Assembly: GCA_000165345.1 (NCBI GenBank) | Contig: CM000430.1 | Span: 160,001-224,000 of the forward strand | DNA: 64,000 bases | Direction of reading: 5' to 3' | Part shown: piece after piece, positions 10,496-20,905 of the stretch | How the letters are laid out: every line of letters starts with the position of its first letter | Numbering within the stretch: the first letter of the stretch is position 1 | Translations under genes and position numbers: made by a program | The notes under the pieces: generated by a model | Database searches by the model: none | What the model saw: only the letters and a program-made list of their open reading frames with translations | Told to the model about the DNA's origin: nothing

Positions 10496-11638
10496 ATGAT
10501 GAAATTTCTAAGAAAGGTACGTTAATTAGTAAGTATGAATTGGCCACATTTTACACGTAAATTTGGTCATAGGTATAGAATTAAATTTGAGCAAGTAAAT
10601 AACTCTTTTTTCTTTTAGATTTTTTATGTAAAGAAGATTGCTAATGATCCTTTAGAGTCTTTGACAGGAGAGTTGGATAATGTTTTAAAATTTGCAAAAA
10701 AAATGCAAATAGCTGTAGATAAAAGCATTACAAGTGTTACAAATCTATGTTATTCAAGAGAATTAATTCTAAATGGAATTGGAAATTTGTTTCCTCAAGA
10801 AGCTATAGAATATGGAAGCTTAATGAATTCTATGGAATGTATGGGTGGTTTAACAACAGCTAGAGAACATTTTAATGTTGATTGCGATCAGGTAAAAATC
10901 TTGATCCAGGAAATGGTTTTAAGTGTAAATAGTATCCAAAAGCGTCTAGTAAAGAGAAGAATCGCATACTCTGAGAGAATTCACTATGAAAAGAAATTAA
11001 AGAAGCGACAACAAAGAATGAATTCTGGAAAAAGTATTTCCTTAAACGATAACGTCAAATTGGATAGAACCCAAAGAAAATGCGGAGATGCTTTAGATGA
11101 GTTCACTAGAATTGATGATGATGTACAACAAGAACTCCAACAATTTTTAACAAGAAGCCATGAAATATCACTAAACATTATCTCCAAATATAACTACGCA
11201 GTCGGAAGCTTTTTCTCTTTTGTTTATTCTCATTATGATAATATGGTCAATGGAGAAATTCCAACTAATAATCTAATGATACCTGACCAGCCACAAGTAT
11301 CAATCACCAATTCTAATTCCACGCCAAATGCAGATTTAGTGGTTTCTCCAGGTAAGGTTTCTGGAACAGCCATGAACTCAGCGACATCCGTATCCACTTC
11401 TTCTTCAAACCAAGTACAATCAACGCCAAATCTCCGTCAAACTGGAAATACATCAATGGGTACCATTAACTCTCAAAAAATGGATAGCTCAGAAACATTA
11501 ACTAGACCAGCATCCACATCTACACTTAAAAAATCAGACTCAGGGTGCTTCTCTGGAGTGGAGTTTGCTTCAAGGAGAAATACAAAGAGTATGCATCAAA
11601 ATAGCTCCTCTATGGAAATTAACTTAAATAAAGCCTAA
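10496..11638 (+). CDS. Hypothetical protein, possibly BAR-domain-like, with a basic/Ser-Thr-rich tail. Candidate 21-nt first exon (10496..10516, MMKFLRK), a 102-nt intron (10517..10618, GTACGT...TTTTAG), then exon 2 from 10619. Alternative unspliced start at ATG 10703
   Basis: The track ORF starts at TTG 10661. The frame is open back to the acceptor at 10619 and there is a stop (TAG) inside the acceptor. An upstream ATGATG is followed by a GTACGT donor in the correct phase. Confidence 0.4.
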
Positions 11639-11748
11639 ATGATTTTTTTTAAAAAATTTTTAATTTGCACATGTATATATTTAAAATACTAGTGCTCAAG
11701 AGGTGAGAAAGAACGCGCGGGAAAATTCGGGAGAGGCAGAAAGCGATA

Positions 11749-12972
11749 TTAGCTATTCTCCAATTGTCTCATCTGTTCACATTTAAGTGAAAGTAACTCT
11801 CTAATTTGGTCAATTACCGACTTTTTAAGCCAACCTGATTCCCTTGTACATGATTCCAAAGGAACAGCCTCTTTTAATATTTTTTTAATGTGATTATCTT
11901 CTATGTTGGAAAGCTGATATAGTTGGGACCCCCTTTTTGGAGGTACTTTGAACTGCCAGTCTAAGATGGTTTCTCCCAAATCTTCTTCAACTTTAACATT
12001 GATCCCGATCCTTTTTTCTTTCAGAACTTTTCTAAGATATGGGTCCCTAAAATCCAAAGTTTGGTATATCCTCGACTCTGGATCTTTTCTTGGATCGTAA
12101 CCTAATCTACAAAGACATGCTCTCCATGGCCCGTCACTAATATTATAGCAGACCTGTGTAAACAATAATTTTCTCTTCCAAGTTGAGATTTCTGGAGAGA
12201 TTTTAGATTCTATCACTGGCCTTAGCCACAATGGCTGCTCCTCAAATAATTCTTTTAATGTGCCTAGTGCTTGTTTGTCCAGATTTATACTAGAAGATAT
12301 TTTTAACGGCATGCTTGGAACTATGCTGTCTGAATATTTAAATACTACATTCCAATACTGTTGACCCTCGCTTTTCATTTGTTCTTCCTGTTCTTCTGTT
12401 ATATCCATCATTTCTACTTCGTTTCCTCCAGATTCTACCCGAACATCCAATGCTGAGGGAGTCCCTGCTGTGTCTCCTGCTATACTAGATGCAATATTAT
12501 TGATATTTGTTGATTTATCAAAATTGTCATTAGTACTTATCCACTTGATATTTACAGGATGAGTCACTTTCGAAAATACCGCTGGAGGGATAAATGGTGT
12601 TCCAACAATTTCTTCATTAATCTCCTCGTGAATTGTCTTCTTATCTCTAAATCCTGGTGGAGGAATAAAATAAAAGTCAGCCATTTGGATAAATTGGTGG
12701 ACAAGAGAAACATCACCTATTACTCTCCACTCTATCCTCCCATTTGCATACTTCAACTTTCGTAGAAGGACTCCTGTTCTTTTCATGAAATCTGAGTAAA
12801 TAGGACGGTTATACGGATCTTCTCTACAAAACAATAGTTTCATTGGTGCTTTTGAGTTTATTGATTCCTCAATACCTTCCATACCTCCTAAAGCAAATAT
12901 TGCATTGTCCAAGTTCTCCACTCTACCAGGAATCTCAACACATACTATTGACTTTATTGGTATTTCAATCAT
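11749..12972 (-). CDS. GTF3C5: RNA polymerase III transcription factor TFIIIC subunit 5 (tau95/GTF3C5) homolog
   Basis: VCVEIPGRV...ALGGMEGIE matches the GTF3C5 N-terminus (VCVEYPGVV...LGGEEGV). GPWRACLCRLGYDPRKDPESRIYQTLDFR matches GPWRSLWIRFGYDPRKNPDAKIYQVLDFR. Confidence 0.75.
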   Translation of the reverse strand: MIEIPIKSIVCVEIPGRVENLDNAIFALGGMEGIEESINSKAPMKLLFCREDPYNRPIYSDFMKRTGVLLRKLKYANGRIEWRVIGDVSLVHQFIQMADFYFIPPPGFRDKKTIHEEINEEIVGTPFIPPAVFSKVTHPVNIKWISTNDNFDKSTNINNIASSIAGDTAGTPSALDVRVESGGNEVEMMDITEEQEEQMKSEGQQYWNVVFKYSDSIVPSMPLKISSSINLDKQALGTLKELFEEQPLWLRPVIESKISPEISTWKRKLLFTQVCYNISDGPWRACLCRLGYDPRKDPESRIYQTLDFRDPYLRKVLKEKRIGINVKVEEDLGETILDWQFKVPPKRGSQLYQLSNIEDNHIKKILKEAVPLESCTRESGWLKKSVIDQIRELLSLKCEQMRQLENS

Positions 12973-13021
12973 TTACCTTTCCCTTTTTCATATCATTGTT
13001 TATGCTATATTAGACTCTGAA

Positions 13022-13033
13022 TTGGCGGGAAAC
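13022..13033. promoter_or_regulatory. E2F-like site TTGGCGGGAAAC about 50 bp upstream of the GTF3C5 start
   Basis: Canonical E2F core. Confidence 0.5.
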
Positions 13034-13559
13034 CCAAATTGCCTTTGCTTTATCCCCACATTTCGTGGCAATTAAACGTATTTGTTTTCAAAATGTTGCA
13101 TGCGCATGCAGGAATAGCTTTTGAAATATTAAAGCGTATAGAGTTTACTATAATCTAGAAATATGATCAAATAAGAGATAATCTAGCGGATGATCATGAT
13201 AATTAGAGATAATATAGTAATAGATATACTGTATAAAAAAGGTCTAACACCTGATACAAAATTAAAGTTGGAATTGTTGGAATACACACACACAAACATA
13301 AATATTTTCCTTAGTGATAGTTAGGAGGAATCAAGCTAGGCTATTTGGTTTGATAATGCAAATAAACTTCATCTAACAGAAATGGGAATAGGTGAATATT
13401 CTCATGAATGTAATTACATAAAATTTCACAAATATAGCTTCAGATATTTGATATCACGGGATTTTTTTTCGAAATCTTTGAAGGAATTAAATTAATAGAA
13501 TACACTTAAAATATTTTAATTTAAAATTTATTTAAAAATAAAACAATTTCTTAACAAAA

Positions 13560-13571
13560 TAGGCGCCAAAG
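13560..13571. promoter_or_regulatory. GGCGCC/E2F-like (TAGGCGCCAAAG) about 135 bp upstream of DLC8
   Basis: sequence. Confidence 0.45.
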
Positions 13572-13700
13572 TCCCCACCTTACGTCTGTAATTTAGATCT
13601 GAGTGTATGTAAATATTACGAGGAAAATTTTGTAAAGACTGGAAGGAAAGAAAAAAAAAAAAAAGAAAAACAGGAATATTAATATTAAGAATAAATAAAA

Positions 13701-13970
13701 ATGAGTGAGAAGAAAGCAGTAATAAAAAATGCAGATATGTCCGATGAAATGCAACAAGATGCTATTTCATGTGCAGCTGCAGCTATTGAACGACACAATG
13801 TGGAAAAAGATATAGCAGCATATATAAAGAAGGAGTTTGACAGAAAGTATAATCCAACATGGCACTGCGTTGTTGGTCGTAATTTCGGATCTTATGTGAC
13901 ACACGAAACAAGACATTTTATTTACTTTTATATGGGTCAAATTGCTGTGCTATTATTTAAATCAGGATAA
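13701..13970 (+). CDS. DLC8: Dynein light chain LC8 (DYNLL/DLC8)
   Basis: 89 aa, near-identical to the LC8 family: [17 protein letters not shown]...[47 protein letters not shown]. Confidence 0.95.
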   Translation: MSEKKAVIKNADMSDEMQQDAISCAAAAIERHNVEKDIAAYIKKEFDRKYNPTWHCVVGRNFGSYVTHETRHFIYFYMGQIAVLLFKSG

Positions 13971-14174
13971 GCAATGTCAAGTATATGGAAAAAAAGAGAA
14001 ATAGGGGGGAAATGCTGCTTTTAGCAGAATCTATATTGAAAAAGAGTCTAATGGAAGGATGGTGAGCTTTGAGCAGAGAAACTTATAGAAATAATATTTT
14101 GATCAAAGTTCATGTTACAAATTTTTGTGATTTAGAAAACAGCTTGAAAAACAAGTATGTTTATAATAAAATAG

Positions 14175-15443
14175 CTATTCTAAGGGTTTGACTCCATGAA
14201 CAGAGTGGAATATGATGGAAGACCTCTGAACTGGAATGGAGTTAGACCCATCATTGGCCTGGTCTCTAGTTTCGGAGCTGAGTCTGCAGGACTGGTCGAA
14301 AGTATCACAGCACGAGGAAATTAAATAAGGAAGAGTTGGATGAAATTTCAAGGATGATATACTTTCGTTGCATACTCTGATAAGATTTTTATCAGAGTCA
14401 ACTAACTGGAAGTTTGAGTTCCTCCAAAGTCGTTTCTTTGCACTTGTATCCCAAAGAAAAACACTTGCATCGCTTCCTCCTGTAGCTAAAACATTTGCAA
14501 ATTGAGGATGAAAACACACACTATTGACGGGGTAGATAGTTTCAGTCATCATAGAGTTATCTTTGGTTCTGTGGCACTTAAATGCATAATTATCTTTAGG
14601 ACTTTCTTTACTATTGACCTCTCCTTTTAAAGCCTTTTCTACACTTGTGATTTGCACTCTTCCTTCTATAGAGCTTGTGGCAAACACATCTTTGTGTTTG
14701 TTTGCACAGATATTGCGTAGTTGATATTTCATGAAATTGGGGACAACTTCAGTTGGGGTTGTCGCCTCTATGCCAGATGAGAGTTTTTTCAGATTAATTA
14801 AGTTCATATTTTTTAAAGAATCTCCCACCAAGAGCCATTCTTCATTGTATGAATAATCCATACAAAATACCTTACCAGGAAGGGAGATTTTGGATATTTG
14901 AGAGCCAAAACTGCCTTCATTAACACAGGTTAATAGAACTTCTCCATTCCAATCCCCACTAGCCAGTATTGAACTATTTTCCAATAAAGAAAGACATCTT
15001 ACGGGAGCCAAGTGTCCTACTAACTTTCTCGGACTATAGAGAGAATCTTGCAAATTAATAACATCTACAGCTTCGTTAAACCCTCCAAAAAATATGGTTG
15101 AATCATTCTTAAATTTGCATGCAAGATAAATATACTCGCACTGAAGACTTTGTAAACACTTTCCCGTAGATATATACTTTGTATTTTGTACTGAGGTTGA
15201 AGTATTTTGCAATTCATCAGAGCGTTCTATTGACTCGTTGGAAGGGTTATACTTAAAATTATCATTTAAGCTCGCCCCATAAGGTATCTGAGGGTCGTAA
15301 AATTTCACACTCTTGTTCCAACAAGTCAGTGCCAAAAGGCAACCCTCGTTCTGACCAAGTATTTCTTGCCTATTGTAGCTTTTTATAACATCTATTGAAC
15401 CGATTGGTTCCTCAGGACATTCTGAAAGAAAATAGCTCTGCAT
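14175..15443 (-). CDS. BUB3: WD40 mitotic checkpoint protein BUB3 (BUB3/RAE1 family)
   Basis: YAFKCHR...IYPVNSVCFHP...ATGGSDASVFLWDTSAKKRLW and SSIEGRVQI match the BUB3 C-terminal blades. N-terminal blades are WD-like (LVGHLAPVRCL...ASGDWNGEV). Confidence 0.7.
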   Translation of the reverse strand: MQSYFLSECPEEPIGSIDVIKSYNRQEILGQNEGCLLALTCWNKSVKFYDPQIPYGASLNDNFKYNPSNESIERSDELQNTSTSVQNTKYISTGKCLQSLQCEYIYLACKFKNDSTIFFGGFNEAVDVINLQDSLYSPRKLVGHLAPVRCLSLLENSSILASGDWNGEVLLTCVNEGSFGSQISKISLPGKVFCMDYSYNEEWLLVGDSLKNMNLINLKKLSSGIEATTPTEVVPNFMKYQLRNICANKHKDVFATSSIEGRVQITSVEKALKGEVNSKESPKDNYAFKCHRTKDNSMMTETIYPVNSVCFHPQFANVLATGGSDASVFLWDTSAKKRLWRNSNFQLVDSDKNLIRVCNESISSLKFHPTLPYLISSCCDTFDQSCRLSSETRDQANDGSNSIPVQRSSIIFHSVHGVKPLE

Positions 15444-15528
15444 CGCCAGAGTTTTGTATTGTCTTTACCTTTTGTCCTCTTAATTCCACCTTTTTACTAG
15501 CAATTCTATTGACTAAAGAAAACAAGTG

Positions 15529-15546
15529 TTGGCGCCTTATGGCGGC
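15529..15546. promoter_or_regulatory. GGCGCC plus GGCGGC composite (TTGGCGCCTTATGGCGGC) in the 228-bp bidirectional BUB3/alpha-SNAP promoter
   Basis: Part of a 50-nt GC island (15529-15578) that also carries TGGGTTTGTGGG and a GTGCAC palindrome. Confidence 0.5.
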
Positions 15547-15671
15547 ACACTGGGTTTGTGGGACCCGTGCACTTGTTAGGGTAGTAAGGTAGAGAATAAA
15601 GGAGAAGGTTGAAAAAGAGATAATTGAAGATTTTGTATTGTATTACGAGCTTTAACTGTTGATGATTTGAT

Positions 15672-16682
15672 ATGGAAGAAGCTCAGGAATTATTTAGAAA
15701 GGCGGAGAAGGCAGGGAAAGGCTCCACAGGATTCTTTTCTTCATTATTATCAGGGGGCCCAGACTACGATGAAGCAATACAGTTATATTCTGAAGCAGGA
15801 AATAAGTTCAAGATTTTAAAGGCATGGATGGATGGTTGTGAATGCTTTAGTAGGGCAGCAGAGCTTTCTCTGAAACAGAATGATCTGGTCACTGCTTCTA
15901 ATTATTACACAGAGTGCGGAAATATAATGAAGAGGTCTGATTTGCAAAAGGCTATCCCATACTTTTTGAAAGCAGTAGAACTTTACAACAAGAATGGGAG
16001 GTTTAGCCAGAGTGGAAAGCTCTATAAGAATATCGCAGAGTCGCTTGAAAGTGATTTTCAATATGTAGAGTGTTGTGAATTCTATAAGAAGGCTGCTGAC
16101 ATGTTTGATATGGATGAATACAGCAAGACAGCTTATTCATCTTGCATTCTAAAGTATGCAGATAACTTTTCCCTTTCTATTAATGATGAATATTCTAACC
16201 ATTCGATTTCCAATACTGAGAAAACAGCTCTAGGAAATAACAGCCTTTTAGAGGCTGTTGAGATATATGAGAAAGAGGCAAAAAAAGCTCTAAGTAACTC
16301 CTTGATTAAGTATAATGCAAAGGAGTATTTGTTCAAGGCTTTTTTGATTATTCTTTCTTTGGAAGATAATGTGGACGCTCAAATTAAATGGGAAAAGTAC
16401 TCATCAATCGACCAGAGTTTTTGTACATCTCCTCAAGGAAAGCTTTGTCGCTCTATTCTGGATATAATGGAAAGAAGGCAAAACTCAGTTGGTGAAGAGA
16501 ATGACGATTTAGATAAGAATAGATTTGTTGAGGAGTTTACGAGTCTGATTGAAGAATATAATAACATATATCCAGTAGACGATTGGAAGGTCCATTTCCT
16601 TTCCATTATTAAAAAGAACTTATCAAGAATAGCTATGAATCTCATAGAAAAGGCAGAAAATAATGAATTTGACTTAACTTAG
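15672..16682 (+). CDS. SNAP: Alpha-soluble NSF attachment protein (alpha-SNAP)
   Basis: TPR-like architecture and motifs co-linear with alpha-SNAP: FFSSLLSGG..YDEAIQLYSEAGNKFK, GRFSQSGKLYKNIAE, YSKTAYSSCILKYAD, LIKYNAKEYLFKA. Confidence 0.8.
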   Translation: MEEAQELFRKAEKAGKGSTGFFSSLLSGGPDYDEAIQLYSEAGNKFKILKAWMDGCECFSRAAELSLKQNDLVTASNYYTECGNIMKRSDLQKAIPYFLKAVELYNKNGRFSQSGKLYKNIAESLESDFQYVECCEFYKKAADMFDMDEYSKTAYSSCILKYADNFSLSINDEYSNHSISNTEKTALGNNSLLEAVEIYEKEAKKALSNSLIKYNAKEYLFKAFLIILSLEDNVDAQIKWEKYSSIDQSFCTSPQGKLCRSILDIMERRQNSVGEENDDLDKNRFVEEFTSLIEEYNNIYPVDDWKVHFLSIIKKNLSRIAMNLIEKAENNEFDLT

Positions 16683-16783
16683 CTTAAATTATATTTCCCC
16701 TAAATCTAAATTAAACTTTGATTCTACATTAAGAAAAAGGTATAACTCAGTCTCTAAACTCAGTTTAACGGTACTTTTTGCCA

Positions 16784-18376
16784 CTATAGCGGAGCATAAG
16801 TCATTCTCATACCTAGTTGGAATCCCTCAAGCATATCTGTATTCCGATACTTTATTGGGGCTGAGAACAGTAAACTTAAGTCGGCAGGGCCTAACGGAAC
16901 AGAAAGTCCAATTCCAGTTGTCACCCTAATATTTTGTCTAAATTTTTCCAATACTGATCGCTTTTCCTTATTGTCATTTCTGTCAAGAACTATCGCGCCA
17001 CCTACAAAAGCCTGTACATCCGGCTTTACATCTGTCCCCATTCCACTTAGGTCCAGAGGATGAGAGATCCTCACCTCTGACGCAATAAATGAGTCCCCTC
17101 CCAAGTACACATTTTCTCTATTCTCAACTATTTTGGAATCTTCCTCTTTTCCTTGTGCTCTTGTAATGCGTGTGCATGGTCCGACTGATCTTGGTGCGAA
17201 ACCTGGCAAACAATAGTGAGCCCCACAGTTGCCGCCCAAAAAGAATTTGTCATGCATGGAAGCTTTAAATATAGACTTATTGATGAAATTTGGTAGTAGA
17301 GCGCCAAACCCAAGGCAAAAATCTAGACTTGGATTTTTCAGGAAATTGAAGCCATATCTATTCCTGGAGAACTTGGAGCTCCATGTATAGAAGCCTTGTG
17401 TCTTGATAAAACTTACATCTCCGTTAAATCCTGCGAGCTCAATGCTAAGCTGTTTAATAGTATGGTTGCTATTAATTTTGTAGAAAGCATTAGAACGTTT
17501 CTCAGTTTCAGCTTCAGATGAATCCTCTTCCTTTTCATTATAATGATTGCTTTTAATTTTGTTCCATGAATAACATATACTGTTTTTAAGAGTTTGAATA
17601 CTTTGACCAAAAAATCGATTTGAACTGTCAGTATCGCAATCTTGTAGTCTTTCCCCAATTTGTTCATGCAACAATCTGGGGAATTCTCTGATTCTAGATT
17701 CGACTGTAAGGTTGTGATGATTATTCGGGCCAGAAAACCTAACTAAACCTCCAAAAGAGTTTTCTGTATACGATGAACTTTTATTGTAATCTACTATTGA
17801 CTTTGAAAGATTATATAACATATCAATATTTGTAGAAAATATCTTTGGGGTAAAATGGCTTATACTTAGCTCTCTAGAACTGGTTCCAAAAGTCGCAATA
17901 CTAAATTTGCTCGTACTTAATGTTCCAAATAAGTTTGGGAAAAATGCTGAAGCTTCGAAACCTATTTTTCCTCGTCTGTTAATTGTACTTCCCAATGTGA
18001 ATCTTTTCTTGTTCTCCCTAAGTTTGAATACCACGTCAATATCTAAAGGATTGCCAGTATTTGGAGTCACATTATGTGAAACTGATGAGAAAGCATCTAA
18101 TGAAGAAAGTTCTTCTTGCACATTTTTGGCTTTCATTATAATATTCTCAAAATCACACTCTCCTTGGAATGCATGTTTGTAGCTATTTAGAAGATTGGGG
18201 TCTAATTAAATTCAAAAAAGATGTAAAACACAAAAATTCGAGTTTTAGTTATTATTATAACAAATTCTCACAATTTTTTTAAACTTACTTATACTCCTCA
18301 ATCCCTCAAAAACAACATTAACTCTACGAATTGGCTTCCCATCATTAGAATTAAATTCCATAGAAGCTCCAGGCAT
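16784..18376 (-). CDS. SAM50: Sam50/Omp85-family outer-membrane beta-barrel assembly protein (mitosome/mitochondrial). Two exons (18376..18289 and 18201..16784) with an 87-nt phase-1 intron at 18202..18288
   Basis: C-terminal Bac_surface_Ag features (FFLGGNCG, GDSFIASEVRISHPL, ..AFVGGAIV). Upstream exon MPGASMEFNSNDGKPIRRVNVVFEGLRSI looks like a POTRA start and ends at a GTAAGT donor. An AATTAG acceptor joins in frame to ...NPNLLNSYKHAFQGECDFENIIMKAKNV. An in-frame TGA lies upstream of the exon-1 ATG. Confidence 0.65.
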
Positions 18377-18461
18377 TTGATAAAATACTGTTACCTCTCA
18401 AATTAATTGTTATTGGTGAATTTCTAATTGACAATTCTTATCCCGGCGATGTAATTTAAAG

Positions 18462-18477
18462 TTTGGGCGGGAAAATT
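18462..18477. promoter_or_regulatory. E2F site TTTGGGCGGGAAAATT about 90 bp upstream of Sam50 exon 1
   Basis: Full E2F consensus. Its position relative to the inferred exon-1 ATG supports the spliced model. Confidence 0.55.
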
Positions 18478-19051
18478 GCAGTCAAAAAATACACATGGAA
18501 AAATGGTAATGATAAACTGAGCAAGATATTAAAAAGAGATGGATTTTTTGAGGGAGGTAAGTTAAAGAAAGTAAAATTGATATTTATTGGGCTGGTTAAT
18601 CTGGAATATGATTTAGAAATATTACTCCTCCAGAAAGTTTGAGAACACCACAATACAAACTCATTTAAATGGGTACGTTAAGAATATTACTAGATTTTTT
18701 GACTTAATTTTCAGCTAATATAATAAATATCTAAAAATGGTTAAAGAGTTTCAATAATTTTTTTTTCTTTCCCAAATACTCCTGAAAATAGATCATTTGA
18801 AAGTATTGAATTTACTGAAGAAATATTGGCAAATGTAGATAATATAAATGGGATAATGACAAAGAATATAAAAATATCACCAAATGATCCATTATGCACA
18901 ATAACTTTAAGAAATGGAGTAAAAGAAGTAATAAAAAGCCATATAGGTGGAGAATTGACTGAGATAAATATGAAAATAAAAAATATTAATGGTGAATGTA
19001 AATCTTCTTCTTGGATTGCTATAATAACTAATTCTAAATACTAATAAATGA

Positions 19052-20152
19052 CTATTTCGTAATCTTCATCATATTATTTTGGTATGTAAAGAAGTAATCT
19101 TGATCAGTAGGTCTTGTAGTAGCTTTTTGAAGTTCTCCATAAACGACTTTAGCATCAAATTTGGGATCATTAAGCCTTCCTAACCTGATCATAGCTTCAT
19201 TCTTCTCCTTGAAATCTTTCTTGACAATTGTATTAGGCATATCAAATTCTGTATTCCACATTACTCTACCCTGAAATACTGTGACTCTAAATCCTTCTGA
19301 AACCTTTAATCTTGTTTCATGATCATGACTAAATTCACTAATTACATGCTCCCTAAGGCTTTTAATATCTTTGAATCCGAAAACTCTTGGACCTGTTTCA
19401 TATTTTGAAGATGCATCCAATAATAAATATGTAACATTGGTTTTATCTTCGCTTGCTTGAGAGTAAAATGCAAAGCACCTTCCTCTAGAAATGATTGCAA
19501 GAATGGAATATTTTGGTGAATAATAACTTAGAATTTCATTAAATGCTTCATCAACTGTAACAGAAAGTCCATCCCTATGTAACTTCATGATTTGTAAATC
19601 AGGATTTGACTTATATTCTTTAATTATATCAGAAGTCTCTCTTCTTTCTTTGGCCGCTTCGAATATTTTTTGAATACTTTTTTCTGTAGTAACTAATCCA
19701 TATTCGTTCTTAATACCCCATAATAAGCAGGCAAATTGTCTTTGTGTTTCAGTGATAATTGGTATTCCATATTCATAGGGGACCAAAATATACCACATAA
19801 TGCTTTTACTTTGTTTTGAGAGAGTTTCCACATTTTCCGTTTCGTTTTCATTAATTCCAAATTTATTTGCTATTTCAATACTTGCAATGCTAGTTCTTGT
19901 GGTTGTAGAATATGACGAGATATTGATTTTAATTTTTTTTTCACTTCTAGATCTAGGAGCGCAACATTGCATAAAAGGTCGTAAAAAAAGCTGAATAGGA
20001 GAAAGAGCCTCCTCTTTAACTATTCTTTGTGGTGGCTTTTTGCATCTTGGGTCGTTTACTAATATAAAAGAATCAAATGAAAGTCCTTCAGAAAAAGAAT
20101 ATTCATCTCTAAAAGCGTCATACTGTGGCTTTGATGCTGTTGTAACTGACAT
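19052..20152 (-). CDS. MINDY-family (FAM63/DUF544) deubiquitinase-like protein
   Basis: IMWYILVPYEYGIPIITETQRQFACLLWGIKN resembles the MINDY catalytic-Cys region (VKWIQWKEENTPIITQNENGPCPLLAIMN). No other confident domain. Confidence 0.4.
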   Translation of the reverse strand: MSVTTASKPQYDAFRDEYSFSEGLSFDSFILVNDPRCKKPPQRIVKEEALSPIQLFLRPFMQCCAPRSRSEKKIKINISSYSTTTRTSIASIEIANKFGINENETENVETLSKQSKSIMWYILVPYEYGIPIITETQRQFACLLWGIKNEYGLVTTEKSIQKIFEAAKERRETSDIIKEYKSNPDLQIMKLHRDGLSVTVDEAFNEILSYYSPKYSILAIISRGRCFAFYSQASEDKTNVTYLLLDASSKYETGPRVFGFKDIKSLREHVISEFSHDHETRLKVSEGFRVTVFQGRVMWNTEFDMPNTIVKKDFKEKNEAMIRLGRLNDPKFDAKVVYGELQKATTRPTDQDYFFTYQNNMMKITK

Positions 20153-20355
20153 TTTCAGAATCTTATTCTATCTTTATTTATAGGCTTACAATGATTAGCT
20201 AACTTGTTGCTTTCACACAGAACTTTTTAAAACTTGAGTAGAGTAAACAAACTTCTAAATTTTTGTACATTAACTTTTATTTCTATTTGTTTATTTTCCT
20301 GATACTTATTTTATTAATAAATCAGCATCACAAAACATGTCAAAATGACGTAATA

Positions 20356-20378
20356 GGCGCCGCGAATTACCCGCCACG
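20356..20378. promoter_or_regulatory. GGCGCC followed by a CCCGCC box (GGCGCCGCGAATTACCCGCCACG) in the divergent MINDY-like/LCCL promoter
   Basis: sequence. Confidence 0.45.
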
Positions 20379-20905
20379 GCCTTGTTTTCATGTTGACATT
20401 TTAAAAGAAAATATTTTTCATGGGGGTAATATTTTTGGCAAGTGAAAGGTTTAATAAAATGATATTAAATTTTGTCAATTTACTTAGTATTCTATGCCTC
20501 TATATTTAGTTGTAAATATTCCGGAAAATTATATTAATTATTTTAAATCAGCAAAATTTAATTAAATCTCATTAGGAGTTTTTGTTTAATTTCATGCATT
20601 TTTTTGCATGCATGACTGGTTATTCTTTTTTGAATTAAAATTTAATGTGGACAAATATTTAGTACCGGTGTATTAGTAATGCGCATGCATGTGAAAGAAA
20701 AAATAATTGCAAAATGTTTGTATAGAATGAATTTTATAGAATTGTATAATTTGACCAAAAAAAAATTGCATGTATATTTATTAACTTTTTTTTCTTTAAA
20801 TTAAGAGTTATTAAAGAAAAAGTGGAGTGAACCAGAATTAAAAGAAAAAAGAAGAAATTCACTCTTCATTTACAAGAATTAGAGTTGAGAATAATTGACT
20901 AGAGG

